Shown piece after piece: positions 1 through 7,735 of a stretch of DNA of 50,055 bases. A model generated the notes under the pieces. That model ran no database searches, was not told the origin of the DNA, and saw only the letters and a program-made list of their open reading frames with translations. The position numbers were made by a program, and so were the translations under genes. This stretch comes from Candidatus Nanoarchaeia archaeon (GTDB lineage Archaea; Nanobdellota; Nanobdellia; Woesearchaeales; ARS49). Numbering within the stretch: the first letter of the stretch is position 1; each line of letters opens with the position of its first letter. The stretch lies in contig DATDPK010000032.1 of NCBI GenBank assembly GCA_035292785.1, positions 1 through 50,055 on the forward strand, read 5' to 3'.

Positions 1-1817
1 ACAAGAAGACTAAATCCGCAGGACGTTGACGGGCAGTTAGGTGAAGTGCAGGCACCCTGCAAGGTCCAGACAAATTGCTTTGCAATATTGAAAGAAGAGC
101 TTGATACTTGAATGTTGTTGCTTGTATCGTTAGCCATTACAACAAAGCTGTATTGACCAATCTTGCTCGTATCAGTAAAGCTCGCCTCATATTTGCCGGC
201 AACCAAACTCATACTTTGCTGTTTGACAGTGCTATTTGGAAGAGTAACATTTGCCCAGACAGAATCAACACCAACATTATCGGTTACATCAGCACTAATC
301 TTTACAGCAGTGCTAATGCCATACTCAACACCAGACGGCAGAACATTTGAAATGACTGGCTTTGAAGTATCAGGACCTACAAGAACGCAAGCGCAATTCT
401 GGCACAAATGATTCGCAGGACAGGCAGCCAAACCAGGCTCACCGCACTTCTCAACAAACTGGTTAACAACACCATCGCCGCACAAAGAATAACCAACAGC
501 TGAAGAGAAGCTTATGCACTGGCAATTAGCACAAAACACTGGATTGGAGTATGTGCTTGAACACTGCACTATAGGACCTCCTGGAGAGGAAGGCTCACCG
601 CACTGCTCACCAGGGTCAAATATGCCGTTGCCACACGCATTTGGAACACACTGACAGTTCGAGCACAGCAATCCTGGGCCGCAAGCAGGAAGACCTGGCT
701 CACCGCACATCTCACCAGACTCAGGCAAACCATTGCCACAGACAGTTATAGGTGCAGTGACGTTTGTCACATTAGTAACATTTGTCACGTTAATGACTGG
801 CGTAACGTTTGTTAGATTGACAACCGGCGTGACATTGGTAATGTTAACAACAGTGACATTGGTTACATTTGTAACAATTGTAACGTTAGTAACGTTTGCA
901 GAAATATTGCCCAACTCATTCAATAGATTGCAATTAGAGGCATATCTTGTGTTGTACTTTGTAATCTTGGAATCATCAATTGCTGATGATAATGTCTTGA
1001 TTGTAACCCAGTACTTGCCGCTCAACCAGGAAAACTTAACCTCATTAGAGCCTGAAGTCAAGAATCCGCAAACATTATTGCGGGTAGTCCACTGATTGTA
1101 CAGAGTGTAATATGCACCTGCAAGATTGCTCTTGTAAGCATTGACATTCTTCAAATCAATGACTCGAGCAATGGTCTTGACGTTGCTTGTATCGACATAT
1201 TCTGCCTCGTAAACATCACCATCACTGCTTGTTGTCTTTGAAGAGCGAGTGTAATTATTTGTGCCAATCTTTTCCTCAAATAAAATATTAGGGTATCTTT
1301 CTCCCACCATAAATGCCGCAAGCATCCACTTGTTGCTATTGCAATCCCAAATAATCCTGCTGTTGTTATCGCGATTGCCGGTATCTGAACAAGTGTAAAC
1401 AACCTCAAAATTAGGGCCTTCAGGGAACCTTTCGCTTGTTATAGGCAGAAGGAAAACAGCCTTGTCCTCAACCCAGTCCTTGATTATCTTGCCACTCTGG
1501 CCTGTATTAGCAGGAAGCTTCTCCCAAATACCAAACTTCTTATTGTAAACATACTTGAAACCATAAACATAAAACTTGTTCTTAAAACCGCTTGGCTTTT
1601 GAACAGTTGTCTTCTCTGTATCGCCGTACTTAACAGTCGTTGGTTCAATATCAGTATATTTCAAGGAAACAGCCCAGCTGGGAAGCTGCGAAATAGGCAA
1701 GCTCGCGGCTCTTCCTGCAATCTGCTCATCACCGCCTGGAGCAGGCGGAGTTGGAGGAAGCTCCTCACTACAAGAAGCTAATAAAAACAAAAAAATTACG
1801 AGAATTGCATATCTCAT
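1..1817 (-). CDS. Secreted lipobox surface protein; start is in the window, C-terminus runs off the window start (absent from the ORF track because there is no stop in the window)
   Basis: Hand translation from ATG 1817-1815 gives MRYAILVIFLFLLASCSEELPPTPP... with no in-frame stop down to position 1. The N-domain is paralogous to the 1814-2710 product. It has 13 N-x-S/T sequons in 51 aa, three 6-Cys CG[ND]G..E.CGEP repeats and an Ig-like distal part. Confidence 0.75.
   Translation of the reverse strand, partial: MRYAILVIFLFLLASCSEELPPTPPAPGGDEQIAGRAASLPISQLPSWAVSLKYTDIEPTTVKYGDTEKTTVQKPSGFKNKFYVYGFKYVYNKKFGIWEKLPANTGQSGKIIKDWVEDKAVFLLPITSERFPEGPNFEVVYTCSDTGNRDNNSRIIWDCNSNKWMLAAFMVGERYPNILFEEKIGTNNYTRSSKTTSSDGDVYEAEYVDTSNVKTIARVIDLKNVNAYKSNLAGAYYTLYNQWTTRNNVCGFLTSGSNEVKFSWLSGKYWVTIKTLSSAIDDSKITKYNTRYASNCNLLNELGNISANVTNVTIVTNVTNVTVVNITNVTPVVNLTNVTPVINVTNVTNVTNVTAPITVCGNGLPESGEMCGEPGLPACGPGLLCSNCQCVPNACGNGIFDPGEQCGEPSSPGGPIVQCSSTYSNPVFCANCQCISFSSAVGYSLCGDGVVNQFVEKCGEPGLAACPANHLCQNCACVLVGPDTSKPVISNVLPSGVEYGISTAVKISADVTDNVGVDSVWANVTLPNSTVKQQSMSLVAGKYEASFTDTSKIGQYSFVVMANDTSNNIQVSSSSFNIAKQFVWTLQGACTSPNCPSTSCGFSLL
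756..908 (-). repeat. Coding tandem array of N-V-T sequons (13 in 51 aa)
   Basis: NISANVTNVTIVTNVTNVTVVNITNVTPVVNLTNVTPVINVTNVTNVTNVT is encoded by degenerate GTNACNTTN-type units visible in the DNA. Confidence 0.8.
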
Positions 1818-2710
1818 GGCTTTTTCAAATCAGACGGATACTTCTGCAGGTAGGCATTAATAGCTTCTGCAGAGCCGAATTCAGGCGTGTGGGTTTCAAC
1901 ATAAATTATCTTCTTACCACTGGTCCACACAGCAACCCTCCTATCGTTCTCGTCAAGGAACATAGCAAGATTATGGCCCATATGCTGCTTCCAGCCTTTT
2001 GTAACAATATCCCTGAATAAGGTATTAATGGTCTTGTCGACTTCCTGCCTATTGTTGAAGTCAAACACGTGCACGAGCACAATCAAGCCAGAGCCAGGGT
2101 CGCGGTAACGCGCATCATATCTTATAACGTTAATCTCTTCAAAGTTGTCCTTCTCTGCAATTGTTGAAACAATAGCGAGAGGAGCAATACCTTGGTTGAT
2201 AACCATCTGGTCAATGTTGGCAGACTCAGGAATAGTGCCTGTTGCAGAACCAAGCACGCTGAATGAGACAAGCATCCACTTGTTTCCATTGCAATTCCAC
2301 TTGCCCTCAATTTTGCTGCAAGCGTAAACTACAAGATAATTAGCGCCAGTGCCGAACTTCTCAGTATTAATAGGAACACTGCCGACACCGCTGACCTTAA
2401 GCCAGTCCTGTGTCTGGTCGCCGGCAAGCAAAAATTTCTCCCAGACGCGCGTTTTCGAATTAAAGAAATAACCATTCACGTAAACATAATCATAATTTGA
2501 GACAGAGATAATAACGCCGTCGCCATAATAGACTTCTTTAGGCGTAACAGCAACATTCCTGGCTTCAGCAGCCCAAGCAGGCATACCGGCAGCCAAGCCG
2601 GCAATAGCCATACCGCCGCCAGCTCCTGGAAGAGGAGGCGTTGGAGGAAGCTCGTCCTTGCACGCAACAAGCAGTAATAATAAAGCCGCAATAAATGCAA
2701 TCTTTTTCAT
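1814..2710 (-). CDS. Secreted lipobox protein, paralog of the N-domain of the downstream gene
   Basis: ORF track 1814..2716 begins at GTG. The in-frame ATG at 2710 gives MKKIAFIAALLLLLVAC|KDELPPTPP (L-V-A-C lipobox) with GAGGTG just upstream. Its stop TGA overlaps the ATG of the next gene (ATGA at 1814-1817). Confidence 0.7.
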   Translation of the reverse strand: MKKIAFIAALLLLLVACKDELPPTPPLPGAGGGMAIAGLAAGMPAWAAEARNVAVTPKEVYYGDGVIISVSNYDYVYVNGYFFNSKTRVWEKFLLAGDQTQDWLKVSGVGSVPINTEKFGTGANYLVVYACSKIEGKWNCNGNKWMLVSFSVLGSATGTIPESANIDQMVINQGIAPLAIVSTIAEKDNFEEINVIRYDARYRDPGSGLIVLVHVFDFNNRQEVDKTINTLFRDIVTKGWKQHMGHNLAMFLDENDRRVAVWTSGKKIIYVETHTPEFGSAEAINAYLQKYPSDLKKP

Positions 2711-2754
2711 ACGCACCTCTTTAGTACAATATCAACTTTAATCATTTATAAATG

Positions 2755-3432
2755 TTATCTCTTTCGCAATTCCTGAACAGCGCCCTGAATCATATCATCG
2801 TGCCAGCCGCAAGCACGCAAATGCATACGCAATGTCTCAATATTATAGCCTGCCTTTGTATAATTAGCCAAATACTGCACAAGCAGCATCTTATTCTCCT
2901 CATCAGTTCTCTTTTTCTGAACAACACCGTTTGCAATAAGGCCGATGACTAACAACAAGACAAATACTGATAGTGAAATACTTAGGATGGCATTATTCCT
3001 GACAGTGCCTTTCAAGGAATTCAAGCTCTCAAAGAATGCAGGCTGTTCAACAACAGGACGAGACATAAACTGGCGCATATTCTCAGCAGTAACTGAAAAA
3101 CCATCAACAGTGCTCTGCAAAGAATCAATTCTTGCCTGAAGAGCTGAAAACTGGTCAGAGCTTGGAACACCAATATAGGTTGGCTTTGTGACAGGAACAG
3201 GCTCTTCTACAGCTGGAACAACTGCAGGAGGCGGAGGAGTTGGAGGGAGGGAAGCAGCTGGCGCAGGAGTAGTTGGAACAGTAACATCCATCATACCAGG
3301 AGGAGAAGGCGGAGCAGGCAGCTGGGAAACATCAATGGCCTGCAAGCCAGTCAAAGTCTGTGCGCCCTGAGTGAAGAAAACAATAACGCCAAGAATAGCG
3401 ATTAACAAAGTCACTTCCACACTCTTTTTCAT
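2755..3432 (-). CDS. Membrane protein with two predicted TM segments (N-terminal and C-proximal) and a Pro-rich extracellular segment
   Basis: The ORF track start at 3444 is TTG. The in-frame ATG at 3432 lies about 26 nt downstream of the TATA-like CTTTATATAG (3454-3463, minus strand). It has an N-terminal TM helix, a PPSPPG/PTPPPP tract and a second TM helix near the C-terminus. Confidence 0.6.
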   Translation of the reverse strand: MKKSVEVTLLIAILGVIVFFTQGAQTLTGLQAIDVSQLPAPPSPPGMMDVTVPTTPAPAASLPPTPPPPAVVPAVEEPVPVTKPTYIGVPSSDQFSALQARIDSLQSTVDGFSVTAENMRQFMSRPVVEQPAFFESLNSLKGTVRNNAILSISLSVFVLLLVIGLIANGVVQKKRTDEENKMLLVQYLANYTKAGYNIETLRMHLRACGWHDDMIQGAVQELRKR

Positions 3433-3595
3433 ACTATAATCCAACGAGCAAGACTATATAAAGATTTTGCACGATTGTTAGTATATGCTCATTTTGAGTA
3501 TTTAAAGCACAAGTGGGATGGCTATTGGGTTAAACCTTATTGGAAGGCGAATGAATTTAGAATAATTTTTATAGGATGTATTGGTTTTCATACTT

Positions 3596-3802
3596 ATGCA
3601 CGAGATCTGGCACGTTATATGGGAGTTGATGTTAATCTTGGGTTCTGTGTTGATTTTCAGAAGTGTATGGCTGTTCCTGGACATTAATTTTGGCAACCGT
3701 GCGTTGGGGGTGTTGCTGTTGCTTGGCTTTGTTCTGGTTATTCCTGCGTTGTATTTTCTGAACAGCCATCTGGAAGATTATTATAAAAAGAAGACGCGTT
3801 AA
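3596..3802 (+). CDS. Small two-TM membrane protein (hypothetical)
   Basis: ORF 3581..3802 starts at TTG. The in-frame ATG at 3596 is about 28 nt downstream of AATAATTTTTATAGG. It has two hydrophobic helices and a basic C-terminus (YYKKKTR). Confidence 0.35.
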   Translation: MHEIWHVIWELMLILGSVLIFRSVWLFLDINFGNRALGVLLLLGFVLVIPALYFLNSHLEDYYKKKTR

Positions 3803-3903
3803 TCATAATCTACTCAAAATCCCTGCCTTTTTTAACCGTTCGAAAACCTTGTTTTCCGAAAAGTTTATAAATAAGTCGGACTTATCCTTACTTAGGTGAC
3901 ATT

Positions 3904-4134
3904 ATGCCACAAGCACTAATATCATTAAGCGAAGAGGCGAACAAAGTCCTTAACCTAGTCAAAGCCAAATTCAACCTGAAAGACAAATCGCAGGCAGTCG
4001 AGGCAGTTGTTGAACACTATCTTGAATGCAAAGGGGAGCCTGATCTTCGCGATGAATTCATTGAGCGCATCAAAAAGGCGGAGAAAGGAAAGTTTGTCCG
4101 CGTAGAGAACTTTGCAAAACACTACGGTGTTTAA
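3904..4134 (+). CDS. RelB-like antitoxin (small archaeal antitoxin upstream of RelE)
   Basis: 76 aa. AGGTGA Shine-Dalgarno site at 3894-3899. Its stop overlaps the toxin start (TAATG at 4132-4136). Confidence 0.65.
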   Translation: MPQALISLSEEANKVLNLVKAKFNLKDKSQAVEAVVEHYLECKGEPDLRDEFIERIKKAEKGKFVRVENFAKHYGV

Positions 4135-4400
4135 TGACTTACTTCTTGGAAATTGCTGAAGAGCTCAACAAGAGATTTGCAAAACTGGCAAAACGCGACA
4201 AAATTCTCTTCGAGGCGCTAACAAAGAAAGTACACGAGATCCGTGAAAATCCACATCATTACAAGCCATTGCGGGCACCAATGCAAAACAAGCGCAGGGT
4301 GCACGTTGGCGGCTCATTTGTTCTCATATTCTCAGTTGAAGAAGAGCGCAATACAGTCAAACTGCTTGAATTTGAGCATCACGACAACGCATACAAATAA
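4134..4400 (+). CDS. relE: RelE/ParE-family mRNA interferase toxin (archaeal aRelE type)
   Basis: 88 aa: MTY...RRVHVGGSFVLIFSVEEERNTVKLLEFEHHDNAYK. Its size, basic core and C-terminal ..AYK resemble the archaeal RelE proteins I recall. It is translationally coupled to the upstream small gene. Confidence 0.75.
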   Translation: MTYFLEIAEELNKRFAKLAKRDKILFEALTKKVHEIRENPHHYKPLRAPMQNKRRVHVGGSFVLIFSVEEERNTVKLLEFEHHDNAYK

Positions 4401-4494
4401 TATCGTTAAATTATGACTTTTTTGTCGCAAAGATATAAATTTACTAATGACTTAAACATTGTTATTATGATGATACTGTCATATGGAGGCCAAA

Positions 4495-4698
4495 ATGGCA
4501 AATGAAGAACAAGTAGGATTTCACAAAGGAGCACTGACAACACTTGCAAAAGAAAGACAGGAATTTGTCAGATTACTGCAAATAGTAGAACAACTAATGC
4601 AGGCACACCTGAAAGCACTAAAAGACTTAGGCGTAGACATAGAAGCAGAAGCAAAAAAGGCCAAGCCACTCGAAGAATCAGTAAAAAGAGGAGCATAA
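4495..4698 (+). CDS. Small coiled-coil protein (hypothetical), first gene of a 3-gene cassette
   Basis: ORF 4483..4698. The internal ATG at 4495 is preceded by GGAGG plus a 5-nt spacer. The product is helical and K/E-rich. Its stop abuts the next ATG (TAAATG). Confidence 0.5.
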   Translation: MANEEQVGFHKGALTTLAKERQEFVRLLQIVEQLMQAHLKALKDLGVDIEAEAKKAKPLEESVKRGA

Positions 4699-5418
4699 AT
4701 GTATAATTCTGTGTACAGTTCTGGAAGCGCGTATGGTGCTGGTGCAAGCTACGGCGGGCAAGCAGCATACAGCTCTGCAGCAGGATACAGTTCTTCAGGG
4801 CAATCATACAGCTTTGGATACTCTGCATCAGAACCAGAACAACACGCAGCATTCATAACAGAAACATTTCTCAACCCAGAAAGACCCTGGACACCAATTG
4901 TTTCAAACCTTGGAGACGTAAAAGAAGTTGTAGAACAAACATTTGAAATGATGACAGGACAAAAATTCCCGCACGAAAGCATCAGGATAATGATTTGCAA
5001 GCCAGAAGACCTGCGAAGAATACACGAAACAACAGGAAACGGATGGAGCGAAGGAATAATGGGATTCTCATTCAACAAATACGGAAGAGGAGCGAGCGAG
5101 ATTTACGTAAAAGAAGAACACCTTGACAGTTTATTGTTAACAATAGGGCATGAAATAGGACACATACTAAGCCCAACACTGCCAAACCAACAGGATGAAG
5201 AAGCAAAAGCACACGCATTCAGCATAGCCTGGATGGAAACAATAAGAGACAATAATATCGCAGGATTGCAGCCAAACATAATGCTAAACCCGGCACAAAA
5301 CGGACTGCACGACGTTGCATATGATTTTGTAAAACAACTGCAAAACACAGGAGCAAGCGCATTTGATATTTTCAAAACATTATCACAGGGACTAACAAGC
5401 ATAATTGCAGGAATGTAA
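4699..5418 (+). CDS. ImmA/IrrE-like (DUF955-type) zinc metallopeptidase with an S/Y/G/A low-complexity N-terminus
   Basis: HEIGH at 5149-5163 is followed by ...QQDEEAKAHAFSIAWM, matching the HExxH..E(E)A..FA pattern of the COG2856/ImmA family. AGAGGAG Shine-Dalgarno site lies 6 nt upstream. Confidence 0.55.
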   Translation: MYNSVYSSGSAYGAGASYGGQAAYSSAAGYSSSGQSYSFGYSASEPEQHAAFITETFLNPERPWTPIVSNLGDVKEVVEQTFEMMTGQKFPHESIRIMICKPEDLRRIHETTGNGWSEGIMGFSFNKYGRGASEIYVKEEHLDSLLLTIGHEIGHILSPTLPNQQDEEAKAHAFSIAWMETIRDNNIAGLQPNIMLNPAQNGLHDVAYDFVKQLQNTGASAFDIFKTLSQGLTSIIAGM

Positions 5419-5420
5419 AA

Positions 5421-7304
5421 ATGGCAAAGAAAAAAGAAACTAAGGATGAAAAAGAAACCAAGTACGAGAAGAAGGAAGAGAAAGCGCCAGAAGTACAACT
5501 GCCTCAAAATCTTCCACCAGAAGTCGTAGAAAAACTAAAAGTCATCAAGGAAAAACTTGAAAAATTCCAAAAATTAATCACGGAAAAATTCGACAAATAC
5601 ATAGTCGGAGTGGCATTACTGCCACCGCCAAGACCGCCAGCACCAGACTTACCACCAGACATACTCTTTGAAGAAAAGAAAAGATACGAACAGGAAAAAG
5701 ACAAGTATCACGCATTAGTCCTGATTGACGACTCTGAGCCGACAAAAATGACAAAAGGAGAGCTCAGAGACAAGCTCGGCGCAATAATGGATGTAACGGC
5801 AAAAGAAATAGACCCAAACATACTGCCACAGACATTATTATTGTCAGAACTCTGGCAGAACTGCTACGACGGAAAATACGACTTACTGCAATTAATAGGA
5901 ATGAGCGCTCCAATCTACGACACAGGAATGCTCGGCGCTATCAGGATAGCAGAATTGCACAAAACAATGGTCCTGAAAAAGTTCGAGAAATACATCGTTA
6001 CTTACGTTCTTGCAGGCTCTCTCGTACAAGGAAGAGCAACAAAAGAATCAGACATAGACGTTTTCGTTGTAATAGACGACACTGACGTCAAAAAAATGAC
6101 AAGATCAGAATTGCGGGATAAATTAAGGGCAATCATAATCGGAATGGGAGCGGAAGCAGGAGAAATAACAGGCATCAGAAACAAGATAAACATCCAAATC
6201 TACATCCTGACAGACTTCTGGGAAAGCATCAGGGAAAGCAACCCGGTCATCTTTACATTTTTACGAGACGGAGTACCGTTCTACGACAGAGGAATCTTCA
6301 TGCCGTGGAAACAATTATTAAAGATGGGAAAAATCAAGCCATCAGCAGAAGCAATAGACTTATTCATGAGCACAGGAGAACAAACACTCGACAGAGTAAA
6401 GTTCAAGCTAAGAGACATTGGCGTGGAAGATTTCTTCTGGGGAATACACACACCAACACAAGCAGCGCTTATGTTGTACGGAATTCCGCCTCCGGCGCCT
6501 AAGGAAACTTGTGCGGTATTAAGAGAAGTATTTGTACAAAAAGAAAAACTCCTTGAAGAAGAATACGTCAAGATACTCGAAGAAATAATACAGATGAGAA
6601 AAGACATAGAACACGGAGTGAAAAAAGATGTTACAGGCAAAGAAATCGATAAGCTTCTTGCAGACTCTGACAAATACATGAAACGACTGAAAAGACTTTT
6701 CACGCAAATCGAGAAATTAAAAGATGAAGAGAACATGATAGGCATATACGACACAATCCAAACAATACTGCGAGATGTGTTGAAAATGGAAGGCGTTGAA
6801 ACAGCAACAGAAGGAGAACTTGGACACTTGTTTGAAGAACAATTAATCAGCAAAGGAAAAGTTCCGGCAAAATATCTCAGAACACTCCACGACCTGATAA
6901 AAGCAAAAGCAAACTACGACGCAGGCAAGATTACAAAAACAGAAGTGGAAAAAGTACGCAAGGAAAGCAATGAATTAATCAGATTCCTTATTGAGTATAT
7001 GCAGCGCAAAAGAGCGCACGAGCTTGAAAGAGCAAAGCTAAGGATAAAACACGGACAAAAATACGGCGAGATAACACTGCTTGGAAACACGGCTTATATC
7101 GTTGCAGACATGGACGCTCCGGAAAGAAAAATGGAAAAAGCAGACATCAAACCAGACGGAAGCTTGACAAACATTGGCCCGTGCAAGCCGGAAGAATACG
7201 AAGCATCGCTCGCAAAAATAGCGGTAACAAAAAGAATATCGCTCAGAGAGCCATTGTTTGAAAGCCTGAAAAAGATTTTCGGAGATTATGAATTACTGCT
7301 CTAA
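5421..7304 (+). CDS. Fusion protein: degenerate NTase-like repeat, then an intact minimal nucleotidyltransferase, a HEPN-like helical domain and a long helical C-terminus
   Basis: GSLVQGRATKESDIDVFVVIDD (6015-6080) matches the pol-beta NTase motif GSx(10-13)DxD. The upstream copy (KFDKYIVGVALL...LIDDSEPTKMTKGELRDKL) lacks the GS and DxD residues. MRKDIEHG (6597-6614) fits the HEPN Rx4H motif. Confidence 0.6.
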   Translation: MAKKKETKDEKETKYEKKEEKAPEVQLPQNLPPEVVEKLKVIKEKLEKFQKLITEKFDKYIVGVALLPPPRPPAPDLPPDILFEEKKRYEQEKDKYHALVLIDDSEPTKMTKGELRDKLGAIMDVTAKEIDPNILPQTLLLSELWQNCYDGKYDLLQLIGMSAPIYDTGMLGAIRIAELHKTMVLKKFEKYIVTYVLAGSLVQGRATKESDIDVFVVIDDTDVKKMTRSELRDKLRAIIIGMGAEAGEITGIRNKINIQIYILTDFWESIRESNPVIFTFLRDGVPFYDRGIFMPWKQLLKMGKIKPSAEAIDLFMSTGEQTLDRVKFKLRDIGVEDFFWGIHTPTQAALMLYGIPPPAPKETCAVLREVFVQKEKLLEEEYVKILEEIIQMRKDIEHGVKKDVTGKEIDKLLADSDKYMKRLKRLFTQIEKLKDEENMIGIYDTIQTILRDVLKMEGVETATEGELGHLFEEQLISKGKVPAKYLRTLHDLIKAKANYDAGKITKTEVEKVRKESNELIRFLIEYMQRKRAHELERAKLRIKHGQKYGEITLLGNTAYIVADMDAPERKMEKADIKPDGSLTNIGPCKPEEYEASLAKIAVTKRISLREPLFESLKKIFGDYELLL

Positions 7305-7646
7305 TCCAGCAGGATTAAGCTGAAGCAATTTTCTCTCAATCTCACTGAGAATTCCACAAACTATCTCGCTCCTTTCCTCCCTGTCAAAGACAGGCGCGAC
7401 CTGATTTCGATAACTCCTGCGCAAAAACGCAACAGTTTTGCGGAAAACCTCTGCATCATCAAGACCTCTGCTAATAGCCATATCCATAACTGTCAAAAGT
7501 ATAGTACAAATATATCCGCTTGCCAAATCCATTCCAATTTCCCTGGCGTATTTGCGCAAAACAGGCCTCAATTGGGTTACTTCGGCGTCGTAGGTCCAAG
7601 GAATTGAATTTGTTATAATATCGCTGATATTTTTTCCGCTGTTCAT
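7293..7646 (-). CDS. Hypothetical protein
   Basis: 117-aa ORF with an ATG start and a GGCGGAG Shine-Dalgarno-like site upstream. Its 3' end overlaps the 5421..7304 gene by 12 nt (convergent). Confidence 0.4.
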   Translation of the reverse strand: MNSGKNISDIITNSIPWTYDAEVTQLRPVLRKYAREIGMDLASGYICTILLTVMDMAISRGLDDAEVFRKTVAFLRRSYRNQVAPVFDREERSEIVCGILSEIERKLLQLNPAGLEQ

Positions 7647-7735
7647 AATAACTCCGCCAAGGCGCGCCTATAAAAGGTTTACTCCTTAATCGTTATCATA
7701 AATATTAATAAAGCAAGTTTGCATAGGATTAACAT

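Noticed and set aside
756-908. Short tandem DNA repeats (GTNACNTTN) that could be mistaken for a microsatellite or CRISPR-like array.
   Set aside because: The units are 6-9 bp without spacers and lie in frame inside a coding region, where they encode NVT sequons. They are not a CRISPR array.
108-1781. Short track ORFs in the first 1.8 kb (108..350, 163..411, 733..1095, 1151..1408, 1599..1781).
   Set aside because: They are all out of frame with or antisense to the long minus-strand ORF (1..1817). That ORF was missed by the track only because it has no stop in the window.
3475-3687. A 70-aa plus-strand ORF overlapping the 3596..3802 candidate.
   Set aside because: It has no hydrophobic or motif logic, and its start lies inside the divergent promoter region. 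The alternative frame gives a credible two-TM protein with a leaderless promoter. Both remain low confidence.
4462-4470. An ATGATGA C-box-like sequence, suggesting a C/D box sRNA.
   Set aside because: There is no matching D box (CTGA) or terminal stem. The position fits the 5' UTR of the 4495 gene, with its GGAGG Shine-Dalgarno site.
6281-6853. A 190-aa minus-strand ORF inside the NTase-HEPN gene.
   Set aside because: It is antisense to a K/E-rich coding region, which gives an S/F/L-rich artefact.
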